From Elainellaceae cyanobacterium (GTDB lineage Bacteria > Cyanobacteriota > Cyanobacteriia > CAZCXK01): 38,063 nucleotides of DNA. The translations under genes and the position numbers were made by a program. Location of the stretch: NCBI GenBank assembly GCA_051117555.1, contig JBNPEG010000010.1, forward strand, positions 1 to 38,063, in the 5' to 3' direction. A model generated the notes under the pieces. The model saw only the letters and a list, made by a program, of their open reading frames with translations, did no database searches and had not been told where the DNA came from. Below, in pieces: positions 10,055 to 19,498 of the stretch (positions are counted from its first letter, which is position 1; every line of letters begins with the position of its first letter).

Positions 10055-12532
10055 TTACGATTTTCCCAGATAGGCTTGAGCAACCGCTGCATCGTTCCTC
10101 AGGTCGTCTGCGTGGCCCGATCGCACGATGCGCCCTGTTTCTAACAAATAGGCTCGATCAGCGATCGCCAGCGCTAGGGTCGCCATCTGATCAACGAGCA
10201 AGATAGTCATTCCTTCGTCGCGGAGTTGCGCCAAGGTTTCATAAAGACTTGCCACTAGTTTGGGGGCAAGCCCAAGAGAGGGTTCATCTAATAGCAGCAG
10301 TCGAGGACGCGCCATCAACCCACGGGCGATCGCCAGCATCTGCTGTTCTCCTCCCGATAAGAGCCCCGCTCGTTGATTGCGCCTTTCTGCAAGGCGAGGA
10401 AAGCGGGTGAATACCGATTCGATGTCAGAGTCAATTTGGCGATCGCGTCGGGTGAATGCCCCTAGTCGAATATTGTCATAGACCGTTAGCTCGGTGAACG
10501 CACAGCGCCCTTCTGGAACCAGAACAATACCAAGCTCCGCCATCTGATGACTCGAAATGTGAGAGAGCGATCGCCCGTCCATCTCAATCTGTCCATCGTC
10601 CGGGTGAATCAGATTCACGATGCTTTTTAGCAATGTACTTTTTCCTGCCCCGTTCGCACCGATTACGGCAACGAGCTCTCCAGAATGCACCGTGAGCGAT
10701 ACGTCATGCAGGACTTTCAGCGAGTGATATCCGGACATCAGATGTTGAACCTTGAGTAGCGGCTCGCCCACCATTGGCAAAGACCGAACCATGTCTGGAC
10801 TTTCTGCGCCCAAATAGGCTTCGAGAACGCGCGAATCCTGCTGGACGACCTCAGGCGACCCTTCGCAGATTAATCGTCCACTGTCGAGTACGACGACTGT
10901 ATCGGAAATATCCATGACTAAATCCATGTCATGCTCAACCAGCATAACTTTGATGCCGCTGCTGGCAATCCGACGAATCAGGTTCGCTAGAGCGTGCTTA
11001 TCTTCGTGCCCTAATCCTGCGGCAGGTTCGTCAAGTAGCAGAACTTGCGGGGCGGTGGTGAGGGCTCGCGCAATTTCGACCAGCCTCCGATCGACAAACG
11101 AAAGATTCGCCGCTTTTGTATAGACGTTTCCTCGGTAGCCTACAAAGGACAGCAATTCAAGCAGAGGTTTTTCTGGACGTGTAGAGCGCCCCAACCCTAT
11201 TAGAGCTGACAATATATTACCTAAGCTGCCTCCGACCCGAGCAACGCGCAGATTATCGAGCACGGAGAGAGAGGTAAATAGCCGAGTGGCTTGAAAGGTG
11301 CGGCTAATCCCCATGGTTGCAATCTTGAGGCTAGAGAGATGGGTCAAATCGGTCGTTCCAAGATAAATGGTGCCCAGTTGAGTCTGATAGAAGCCACTGA
11401 TCAGATTCAATAGCGTTGTTTTACCGGCCCCATTTGGACCAATGATGGCTGTGATCGTGCCGGGGTTTGCTGTAAGCGACACCTTATCGACCGCTCGGAT
11501 GCCACCAAACTGGATACCAACGTTTTGAACAAGTAAACACTCACAACTTGAGCGCCGAGCGCCTAAAGACGGCAGGTCGGGGGAGTCATCCAGGGGATAA
11601 ACAGGCGCTGGCTCTGCAAATCTGCTTTTGATAAAACTCATCACTCCGTCGGGCGCTAACCAGAGAGTTGCCAAGAGGAGCAGGCCGAAGAACAGCAGCT
11701 GATATTCTGCGAAGTCTTGAAAAAACTCCGGCAAAATCACGAGGGCGATCGCCCCAACTAGAGACCCCTCTGCGGTTCCGAGCCCTCCTAAAATGACTAC
11801 CAAGAGAAACAGAATCGATCGGTGAAAGGTAAAGCTATCCGGGCTGATAAACCCAATCGTGGCAGAAAAAAATACCCCCGCCCCCCCTGTAAATGCAGCG
11901 GAAATAGCGAACGCGACGATTCTGACCCAGAGGGTATTTAACCCAAGCGACGTAGCAGCCACATCGTCATCGCGCACCGCTTGAAATGCGCGTCCCCACG
12001 GGTGGCGCTGGAGCATTGCAAACGATGCCATACTCAAAAATGCGAGCACCATGGCGATTAACACCACGCCGCGAAGAGCCGGTTGGAGAACCAACATATT
12101 CGGCTGTGGGATATTTGTAATGCCGCCAAAGCCCCCTGTCAGCGACACCCACTCCATGAGAACCCGCTCGACAATGATGCCAAAGGCGATGGTGACCATT
12201 GCTAAATAAGGCCCCGTTACTCGCAACGCCGGAGCCGCAAGGGCTGCCCCCGTTCCTGCTGTGGCGAAGATAGCCGCTATCAGAGCAATCCAGAAATTCC
12301 AACTGGCTTGGGTCATCAATAGGCTGCCCGTATAAGCTCCGATGGCAAAAAAACCGGCATGACCAATTGACACCTGACCCGAGAGCCCCACCAGAATATT
12401 TAAGCCGACGCCCACCAACGTCGTAACGGCAACCATTCCCAAGATGAACAGATAGTAGGTGTTTGGCGCAACCCAAATAGCGGCGATCGCCCCAATCAAG
12501 CATCCTATCCCTACCCATAACCGGACATTCAT
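10055..12532 (-). CDS. Fused branched-chain-amino-acid-type ABC permease + two ATPase domains (LivM-LivG-LivF fusion)
   Basis: N-terminal LivM permease (GLNILVGLSGQVSIGHAGFFAIGAY), first ATPase GPNGAGKTT...LLLDEPAAG, second ATPase GANGAGKST...LSGGEQQM...LLLDEPSLG. AAGGAG RBS upstream of ATG 12532. Confidence 0.92.
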   Translation of the reverse strand: MNVRLWVGIGCLIGAIAAIWVAPNTYYLFILGMVAVTTLVGVGLNILVGLSGQVSIGHAGFFAIGAYTGSLLMTQASWNFWIALIAAIFATAGTGAALAAPALRVTGPYLAMVTIAFGIIVERVLMEWVSLTGGFGGITNIPQPNMLVLQPALRGVVLIAMVLAFLSMASFAMLQRHPWGRAFQAVRDDDVAATSLGLNTLWVRIVAFAISAAFTGGAGVFFSATIGFISPDSFTFHRSILFLLVVILGGLGTAEGSLVGAIALVILPEFFQDFAEYQLLFFGLLLLATLWLAPDGVMSFIKSRFAEPAPVYPLDDSPDLPSLGARRSSCECLLVQNVGIQFGGIRAVDKVSLTANPGTITAIIGPNGAGKTTLLNLISGFYQTQLGTIYLGTTDLTHLSSLKIATMGISRTFQATRLFTSLSVLDNLRVARVGGSLGNILSALIGLGRSTRPEKPLLELLSFVGYRGNVYTKAANLSFVDRRLVEIARALTTAPQVLLLDEPAAGLGHEDKHALANLIRRIASSGIKVMLVEHDMDLVMDISDTVVVLDSGRLICEGSPEVVQQDSRVLEAYLGAESPDMVRSLPMVGEPLLKVQHLMSGYHSLKVLHDVSLTVHSGELVAVIGANGAGKSTLLKSIVNLIHPDDGQIEMDGRSLSHISSHQMAELGIVLVPEGRCAFTELTVYDNIRLGAFTRRDRQIDSDIESVFTRFPRLAERRNQRAGLLSGGEQQMLAIARGLMARPRLLLLDEPSLGLAPKLVASLYETLAQLRDEGMTILLVDQMATLALAIADRAYLLETGRIVRSGHADDLRNDAAVAQAYLGKS

Positions 12533-12555
12533 CAAGCCAATCTGCTCCTTATATT

Positions 12556-12647
12556 CCGGCTTAGACTTTTTGGCTCACCCTTTCTGGCTTAGACTTTCTG
12601 GCTTAGACTTGCTGGCTTAGACTTGCTGGCTCACCCTTTCTGGCTCA
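12556..12647. repeat. Tandem array of about 6.5 x 14-bp units, with two variants (CTGGCTTAGACTT[T/G] and CTGGCTCACCCTTT)
   Basis: Units start at 12556, 12570, 12584, 12598, 12612, 12626 and 12640 (partial). The array fills most of the spacer between the permease genes. Confidence 0.9.
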
Positions 12648-13514
12648 TACTTTGTGGGTCTGCATTCGCCCAAATAACCCATTAGGACGAATGGCTAGAA
12701 CAATAATCACAACTGCAAATCCAACGATTTCTCGATAGCTGCCGCCCAACATTCCAGCGGCGATCGATTCGACCACGCCATACAGAATTCCGGCCACGAC
12801 AACCCCCCACGGACTCCCTAACCCGCCGATGATAGCGGCGGCAAATGCCTTGAGACCCAGAAGCGTACCCATCGTTGCCGAGACATTGGCAACAGGCGCA
12901 ATCAGCATTCCGGCAACCCCAGCCAGCATCGTTGAAATAGCATACGACACCGCAATCATTCGCTCTACGGGAATCCCCATAATGCTGGCTGTGGTGTGGC
13001 TTTCGCTAATCGCCTGGAGAGCTTTACCAAACAATGTGCGCGTAAACAGCACTCGCAATATGAGGGCGATCGCCACTCCAGCAATTGGAATCACGAATTC
13101 GATAGGAAATACCCCAAACCCCAACACCTTGATCGGCTGATCCGCTAACGACGATGGATATCCTCTCACCTCTTTGCCAAATGTGAGCATCACCAGGTTT
13201 TCGACAATGATTCCAAGGGCGATCGTTGTCAGCAACCACGCATTAGATCCATCCGTTGCAAACGGTCGGACAACAAATCGCTCGACCAGCATCCCAAACG
13301 CCGCACAGACCACTAGCGTCATGACCACCGCAACAGGACTCCATACTCCCCAACTAATATTCAGCACGTAGCACAGGACTGCTCCTAACATGACCGAGGC
13401 ACCCTGAGAAAAATTCATGGTGTTAGATACGGCATAGGTGATTTGAAAGCCTAGAGCCACCAAGCCGTACATACTACCAATCGCAATTCCAGAGATGATT
13501 AATTGCTGCCACAT
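12645..13514 (-). CDS. Branched-chain-amino-acid-type ABC permease (LivH-like)
   Basis: MWQQLIISGIAIGSMYGLVALGF...NFSQG...LKAFAAAIIGGLGS...RPNGLFG. GGAG precedes ATG 13514, which I prefer to the track start 13562. Confidence 0.92.
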   Translation of the reverse strand: MWQQLIISGIAIGSMYGLVALGFQITYAVSNTMNFSQGASVMLGAVLCYVLNISWGVWSPVAVVMTLVVCAAFGMLVERFVVRPFATDGSNAWLLTTIALGIIVENLVMLTFGKEVRGYPSSLADQPIKVLGFGVFPIEFVIPIAGVAIALILRVLFTRTLFGKALQAISESHTTASIMGIPVERMIAVSYAISTMLAGVAGMLIAPVANVSATMGTLLGLKAFAAAIIGGLGSPWGVVVAGILYGVVESIAAGMLGGSYREIVGFAVVIIVLAIRPNGLFGRMQTHKV

Positions 13515-13570
13515 ACTCCGCTTTGATGGGGCAAGAAGAGCCGCAATGCGCTCTCTTGCCACTGACTTAC

Positions 13571-14833
13571 TTATGGTTTTATCGGAACAATGTCACCCTC
13601 TTCCCACTGCACCAAAATGTAGTCGTTTTCAGTGAGTGCATCGTGATTGTCTGGCGTAAAGGGTTGCTCGTAGGTCTTAATCAGCCCGTCATAGGTTGGC
13701 AGGTTATAGAAAGCTTCTCGAAGCGCGGGGCCCTCAGTCGTGCCTGCGGCGTCGAGTGCAAGTGCGGAGAGATGCAGCGCATCATAGGCATTTGCCGTGC
13801 CAACGGGAGCCAAGATTTCACCAGGTCCGTCTAATCCGTATTTTTCATTCAAGGCGGATAACACAGCCTGCCCCACTGGTTTTTGCTCCCCATAAAAACT
13901 ATACGTTTGCACAAAGACCACCTTGTCAGCAGCATCTGCCCCTGCAAGTTCTGGAAAGCGCCCGCCTGAAATCCCCCAGTGTGAAATCACGGGAACCTCC
14001 CAACCAATGCGGGTGAGTGACTTCACTGCCTGCGCCCCAGGAGCCGCATTAGCCACAAGTAATAGAGCTTCCGCGCCCGCATCTCTGAGGCGCGTTAATT
14101 GAGCAGAAATATCGGTGTCTGCATCGTTGAATTTCTCAACGCCCACAATTTCAAGACCATATTCGGGTGCCCATTCCTTGAATCCTGCTTCGTTAGACTC
14201 TCCCCACGGATTGTTAATTAGCAATAAGCCGACGTTAGAGACATCGTAATTTTCTTTGGCATATTTCGTTAAAAACCGATCCACGATGTTGTCATTGGCA
14301 GACACGCGAAAGGCATAATTGGGTTCGAAGTCATTGCGGGTAATGCCCGTTGCAGCCGCCCAAACTCCCATGTATGGGACTTGAAGCTCATGGATGACGG
14401 GCAACATCGCCAGTGAGACGGGAGAATCAAGCCCTCCAAATACGATTGCTACGTTTTCTTGCTCGATGAGCTCGCGCGCTGCCGCGACTCCTTTCGCCGG
14501 GGTCGATTCGTCATCGCGAATAACAAGCTCAAGCGATCGCCCGCCCAAGACACCCCCATTCGCGTTGATTTCATCAATCGCGACGGTGAGCCCTCGTGTA
14601 ATTGATTCGCCCGATAATGCTGACGGTCCGGTGATTGCGGCGACGAGCCCAAGTTTGACAGGGTCCTCAGACGCTGCTGACTCGTCGGCAGATGCATCTA
14701 GAGTGCTCGAATCAGACTCGGATGAGGCACACCCCATGAGCTTTGAGAGCAACACTCCCGCGCCTAAACCCGTCGCGCCCCGTACAAAATCTCGACGCTT
14801 TAGCAATCTTCCATTCTTTTGCCAATGTGCCAT
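13571..14833 (-). CDS. LivK/PBP1-type ABC substrate-binding lipoprotein with a twin-arginine signal
   Basis: KRRDFVRG Tat-like motif, lipobox LMGC, GPSALSG...AIDEINANGGVLGGRSLELVIRDDES, AYDALH. Confidence 0.92.
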   Translation of the reverse strand: MAHWQKNGRLLKRRDFVRGATGLGAGVLLSKLMGCASSESDSSTLDASADESAASEDPVKLGLVAAITGPSALSGESITRGLTVAIDEINANGGVLGGRSLELVIRDDESTPAKGVAAARELIEQENVAIVFGGLDSPVSLAMLPVIHELQVPYMGVWAAATGITRNDFEPNYAFRVSANDNIVDRFLTKYAKENYDVSNVGLLLINNPWGESNEAGFKEWAPEYGLEIVGVEKFNDADTDISAQLTRLRDAGAEALLLVANAAPGAQAVKSLTRIGWEVPVISHWGISGGRFPELAGADAADKVVFVQTYSFYGEQKPVGQAVLSALNEKYGLDGPGEILAPVGTANAYDALHLSALALDAAGTTEGPALREAFYNLPTYDGLIKTYEQPFTPDNHDALTENDYILVQWEEGDIVPIKP

Positions 14834-14871
14834 GATTAGACTCAGTAAGTTTTTAGCGATCGCTCAGTTTA

Positions 14872-14906
14872 CGTTACACAATCCGTTACACAAATCCGTT
14901 AAACAA
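14872..14906. repeat. Three direct repeats CGTTA(C/A)ACAA in a divergent promoter region
   Basis: Copies at 14872, 14884 and 14897, between the binding-protein start (14833) and the kinase start (15006). Confidence 0.6.
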
Positions 14907-15005
14907 TAGAATACTCGGTCAGTTTGTGTGTTAAATCAAAAGTCTTAGGAATACTTGAGACTTTTGAACTACCGATAGTCAAGAAATGTTGTCTGGGAAG
15001 ATTCT

Positions 15006-17498
15006 ATGCCATTTGAACCTCATAGGGTCGACGTGAGCATGGTAGATCGATTTCAAGTGTTGCTTGAAACCTCTAATGATGCCATTGCGGAATATAGTTC
15101 AGACCTTCGGTATTGCTCGATCAATGCCGTTGGAGCTAGTTTATTCGGTTTAGCGCCCGAAAATCTATTGGGTAAGACCCATTCTGAAATTGCTGCACAA
15201 TATCCAGATTGTGACGTGGATGCGCTCCATCAAATTGATGACTGCTTACGACAGATCGCCGCGACAAATGAGTCGATTACGGTAGTTCGGCCCTACACTA
15301 TCAACCATACTGTTCGATTTTATGAAATCGTCTATACGCCTGTTCTAGAGTCGGATGCTGTAGCTCAAATTTTCAGCATCGGGCGAGATGTGACATCGTA
15401 TTACCATCGTGATCAGCCAATCACATCCAAAGACCACCACCCAGCAACATCTTCGTATTCTGTTGCTCTAGACGAGAGCGCTCATGCGAATGAGCGGCCA
15501 GACTGGGCAATTGTTGGGGCTGAAATGCCGGGTTTAGAGGATGCTGTGGTTCAACTGATTGAGCGCACCCATGCCTACGCCACCGATGGTCATACTGAAC
15601 GCAGAATAGCAGAACGAACTTCATCGAGCCTGGAGGAAGAACGTCAGCAAGCTGAAGCGATTCGTCAGAGCACTGAGTTTCTTCAGCTCGTACTTGACAA
15701 TATTCCTCAGTATATTTTTTGGAAAGATCGCAATTCGGTGTATCTTGGCTGCAATCGAAAGTGGGCTGAAATGGCTGGAATTGGCGATCCTGACCAGGTC
15801 ATTGGGCTGACAGAAGACGATCTGCCGTGGACAGACAAACAAAAAGAATGGTATCTCGCCTGCGATCGCCAGGTAATGGATACCAACGTGCCAATGCTGC
15901 GAATCAAGCAGTCTCAGCGTCAAGCCGATGGACGATTGACCTGGCGAGAAACCAACAAATTGCCTCTCCATGATGCTAATGGCACTGTGATTGGCATTTT
16001 AGGAACCATTGAAGATATTACCGACCGGAAGCTGGCTGAAGATGCGCTCAGGCAATCTGAGTCTGACTATCGCACACTAGCCCAGCGTGAAGAGTTGCTC
16101 AATCGTCTATCCACTCAGATCCGCAACTCTCTCGATTTAGATATCATTCTCCAGACGATTGTTCGAGAAGTGCGGCAACTGTTGGATGCCGATCGCGCTT
16201 TGGTGTATCGGTTTGGTGACAACTGGCAAGGGACAGTTGTGGTCGAAGACGTAATCCAACCGTGGGTGTCAACCCTTGGGCAACTGGGCGCCGATAGCTG
16301 TTTTCCTGAAGGATACGCCGATCTATATCGGGCGGGTCGAGTGCAGGCGATCGCCAACATTGAAGAATCGGGCTTAGATGAGTGTCATGTTGACTTTCTC
16401 CTCAACATTCAAGTCCGAGCAAACCTGATCGTGCCGATTTTGATTCGAGATCAACTGTGGGGCTTGCTAATCGTACATCAGTGTCAACGTCCACGAGACT
16501 GGCAAGACACTGAAACCGACTTGCTCTGCCATCTAGCCAGTCATATCGGACTCGCAATTCGCCAAGCCGAACTCTACACTCAAGCCAATGAAAATGCTCA
16601 AGAGGCTCGGGCGCAGGCTCAACAGCTTAAAAAGGCGCTCCAGGATCTTCAGTATGCTCAGACTCAACTCATTCAAACTGAAAAAATGTCTAGCCTTGGG
16701 CAACTCGTGGCTGGAGTGGCTCATGAAATCAACAATCCAGTCAATTTTATCTACGGCAATATTGCTTATCTCGATAACTATACTCAAGATTTGTTGACGG
16801 TTTTAGATTTACATCGCAAGCATTATCCCAATCCGGTGGATGAGATTCAGCAATATTCGGACGAGATTGATTTAGATTTCTTAATTGCAGATTTTTCAAA
16901 AATCCTGAAATCCATTCGGCTGGGTGCCGATCGAATTCGGCAAATCGTATTATCTCTCCGAACCTTCTCTCGACTTGACGAAGCCGACATGAAACCCGTC
17001 AACCTCCACGACGGTATTGATAGCACCCTCTTGATTTTGCAACACCGACTCAAATCCAGAGTTGACCGCCGCGAAATTTGTATTGTGAAACAATATGGCC
17101 TATTACCGCCCGTCGAATGCTACCCCAGTCAGCTCAATCAGGTGTTTATGAATATTCTGAGCAATGCGATTGATGCGCTGGAGAGCGTTGATGAAGCCCA
17201 GTCTTCCACTGACGGTCACTCTTATCCAGGTACGATTACCATTTCAACTGAACTGGGCGATCGCCCAGCTATGGCAATCATTCGGATTCACAATAATGGG
17301 CCTGATATTCCGCCAGATGTGTGCGATCGCCTGTTTGATCCCTTCTTTACAACAAAGCCTGTTGGCAAGGGAACGGGGCTAGGGCTATCGATTAGCCAAC
17401 AAATCGTCGTACAAAAACACAGCGGCCTGTTGACGTGCCATTCTCAACCGCAGGAGGGCGTAGAATTTGTCATTCAAATTCCGGTGCAGCAGGCATAG
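15006..17498 (+). CDS. Cytoplasmic PAS-PAS-GAF sensor histidine kinase; GAF domain of DXCF cyanobacteriochrome type
   Basis: PAS (IFWKDRNSVYLGCN...GTIEDITDRK), GAF (LLDADRALVYRF...DSCF...ECHVDFLLNIQVRANLIVPI...LWGLLIVHQC), H-box VAHEINNPVNF, FDPFFTTKPVGKGTGLGL. Confidence 0.92.
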   Translation: MPFEPHRVDVSMVDRFQVLLETSNDAIAEYSSDLRYCSINAVGASLFGLAPENLLGKTHSEIAAQYPDCDVDALHQIDDCLRQIAATNESITVVRPYTINHTVRFYEIVYTPVLESDAVAQIFSIGRDVTSYYHRDQPITSKDHHPATSSYSVALDESAHANERPDWAIVGAEMPGLEDAVVQLIERTHAYATDGHTERRIAERTSSSLEEERQQAEAIRQSTEFLQLVLDNIPQYIFWKDRNSVYLGCNRKWAEMAGIGDPDQVIGLTEDDLPWTDKQKEWYLACDRQVMDTNVPMLRIKQSQRQADGRLTWRETNKLPLHDANGTVIGILGTIEDITDRKLAEDALRQSESDYRTLAQREELLNRLSTQIRNSLDLDIILQTIVREVRQLLDADRALVYRFGDNWQGTVVVEDVIQPWVSTLGQLGADSCFPEGYADLYRAGRVQAIANIEESGLDECHVDFLLNIQVRANLIVPILIRDQLWGLLIVHQCQRPRDWQDTETDLLCHLASHIGLAIRQAELYTQANENAQEARAQAQQLKKALQDLQYAQTQLIQTEKMSSLGQLVAGVAHEINNPVNFIYGNIAYLDNYTQDLLTVLDLHRKHYPNPVDEIQQYSDEIDLDFLIADFSKILKSIRLGADRIRQIVLSLRTFSRLDEADMKPVNLHDGIDSTLLILQHRLKSRVDRREICIVKQYGLLPPVECYPSQLNQVFMNILSNAIDALESVDEAQSSTDGHSYPGTITISTELGDRPAMAIIRIHNNGPDIPPDVCDRLFDPFFTTKPVGKGTGLGLSISQQIVVQKHSGLLTCHSQPQEGVEFVIQIPVQQA

Positions 17499-17513
17499 CT
17501 GCGATTCGCTTTC

Positions 17514-18404
17514 CTATTCGATCGGAACAACACCCTCGGGTAAGCGTTGGATATAGCTGGCGATCGCCCCTGGATGAGTCAGCCAGATTTGTTGAGCATG
17601 GTCGACAATATGCCGAAGCGCACGGCGTAGCTGTCTCAGCCGAAAGGGTTGTCCCACAACATAAGGATGGAGCGCAATGCCGCATACTAACGGCTGATGC
17701 TGAGACTGGCTGAGCATTTCATCGAAATTATCGATGATCATATCTGCAAACTCTGCTGCCCCGATCTTCCGAACGGCGATCGCCGGGATATCGTTAATTT
17801 CTTGCGGATACGGAATTGACAAAATCGGCCCCGAACGCGTCTTAAACCAAATGGGCTGATCATCACAGCACCAATCCAGCATGTATTGATAGCCTGCTTC
17901 TTTGAGCAAATCCGGCGTATATTGACTTTGAGCAATCCAAGGACCAAGCCATCCCGCAGGCGATCGCCCCTCGTGGGCCGCCAATGTGTCCCTGACATCT
18001 TTAACGAGTACTTGCTCCTCTTGTTCTGACATCGTGCTTTGCCGCTCTGAGTTGGTACGTCCGTGAGCGATAATCTCATCCCCTCGATTTCTAAATGCAG
18101 CGACGACCTCGGGGCAATAATCATAAATTTCAGAATTGACCACCAATGTCACAGGAAGGCTGACCTCATTAAACAGGTCTAAGAGACGCCAAACCCCAAC
18201 TCGGTTGCCGTAGTCTCGCCATGCATAGTTCAATACATCCGGTTGAGGCCCACCCGGTGCGAGGGTCGCTCCCAGTCCTTGACCAAATTCAAAATGCTCG
18301 ACATTGAGTGCGACATAAACAGCTAACCGAGCGTTGTTTTCCCAACTGTAGTCTGTGCGAGAAATAATCGGTGAATACGAATAGCGTCCGTGATTTAACA
18401 GCAT
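17514..18404 (-). CDS. Polysaccharide deacetylase (CE4) family protein, PuuE/allantoinase-like subgroup
   Basis: HGRYSYSPI...RLAVYVALNVEHF...WRDYGNRVGVWRL...EIIAHG...GWLGPW...DDQP...IALHPYVVGQPFR. ATG 18404 is the likely start. Confidence 0.87.
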   Translation of the reverse strand: MLLNHGRYSYSPIISRTDYSWENNARLAVYVALNVEHFEFGQGLGATLAPGGPQPDVLNYAWRDYGNRVGVWRLLDLFNEVSLPVTLVVNSEIYDYCPEVVAAFRNRGDEIIAHGRTNSERQSTMSEQEEQVLVKDVRDTLAAHEGRSPAGWLGPWIAQSQYTPDLLKEAGYQYMLDWCCDDQPIWFKTRSGPILSIPYPQEINDIPAIAVRKIGAAEFADMIIDNFDEMLSQSQHQPLVCGIALHPYVVGQPFRLRQLRRALRHIVDHAQQIWLTHPGAIASYIQRLPEGVVPIE

Positions 18405-18431
18405 TACGAGCATCAACATAAAACACATAGA

Positions 18432-18460
18432 AAGCAGGCTCCTTAATCTGGAACCTGCTT
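18432..18460 (-). terminator. Probable intrinsic terminator downstream of the fasciclin gene
   Basis: Minus strand reads AAGCAGGTTCC-AGATTAA-GGAGCCTGCTT(TCT), an 11-bp stem with one G:U pair that works only on the minus strand. Confidence 0.55.
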
Positions 18461-18591
18461 CCTAATATTCAATCGCAATCTGAACCCGTTCTGACTTAAA
18501 GTTTATGATTCGTGTGATCGATTCCTATCAGCGCCAAAGCTAAGGCTAAGCCGTGTGCCTCCATGGATAGCGATCGAGAATCGATGCATCC

Positions 18592-19290
18592 TTACCACAA
18601 CGCAGGGATAGCCTCGGTTGTTCCGGTATCAGTGGGTTCAGCCATCTCAGGTTCAGTCTCCGGCATTTCTTCCTCGGCTAGCAAAGCTTCTAGCTCAGGC
18701 AAGACAGATGGAGGAATCAGCACCCGATTAATCGCATGAATGACCCCATTACTAGCCTCGATATCGGGCTGAATTACGCTGGCATCATTGACAACCACCC
18801 CATCTGGATCAACGCGAACGGCCAATCCGCCATTGAGAGAATCAACGGCACCCGTTTCTAATTCATCCGAGGCAACCTCATCCGGCACGACATGATACGT
18901 CAAAATATCGGTCAAGAGGTCTTGGTTTTCAGGCAGCAGCAATGCGTCTAGCGCTCCATCGGGGAGATTCGCAAATGCGTCATCGGTGGGCGCAAAGACG
19001 GTATATGGGCCGTCTGCTGACAGGGTATCAACCAAATCAGCCGCCTGCACGGCTTGCACTAGCGTCTCAAATGAATCACTTCCAGATGCAACCTCAACAA
19101 TCGTACCTGGAGCTTGAGAAATGTATATTCCCTCGTTTAGCTCAGTCTTAAGAGAGTCAGACGCCTCAATCTCTGCACCGGGATAAGCCAAGCTTGATGC
19201 AGATAGAGTCAAAACGCTACTAGCACCCATTAGAAGGGCGATCGCTAACGTTTTGTCGGAAAATCGACGAACAGAAAATCTGACAGCCAT
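18592..19290 (-). CDS. Secreted fasciclin (FAS1) domain protein
   Basis: Signal peptide, H1 motif YTVFAPTDDAF, ILTYHVV, H2 motif ASNGVIHAINRVL, acidic tail. Confidence 0.93.
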   Translation of the reverse strand: MAVRFSVRRFSDKTLAIALLMGASSVLTLSASSLAYPGAEIEASDSLKTELNEGIYISQAPGTIVEVASGSDSFETLVQAVQAADLVDTLSADGPYTVFAPTDDAFANLPDGALDALLLPENQDLLTDILTYHVVPDEVASDELETGAVDSLNGGLAVRVDPDGVVVNDASVIQPDIEASNGVIHAINRVLIPPSVLPELEALLAEEEMPETEPEMAEPTDTGTTEAIPALW

Positions 19291-19498
19291 ATTAGTTTTT
19301 TGGTAAGTTTCTTTACGGTTCTCAGACGCTATTATTTTAAGCTAGCCATGCTAGAGACTTGCAAAAAAATATCTATGAGCACAATCTACAAAACTATTCA
19401 AAATTCCTGAAATGTCGTTGATTATAGCGGTTTGCGCTTAAATTAAGCATGCAGGTGCAATGTAACACACTATTTCTGAACCTGACACACATTATAGA

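Noticed and set aside
12556..12647. Possible CRISPR array
   Set aside because: The 14-bp units are contiguous with no unique spacers, and no cas genes are present.
14834..15005. NtcA box upstream of the ABC importer
   Set aside because: I found no GTA-N8-TAC by eye.
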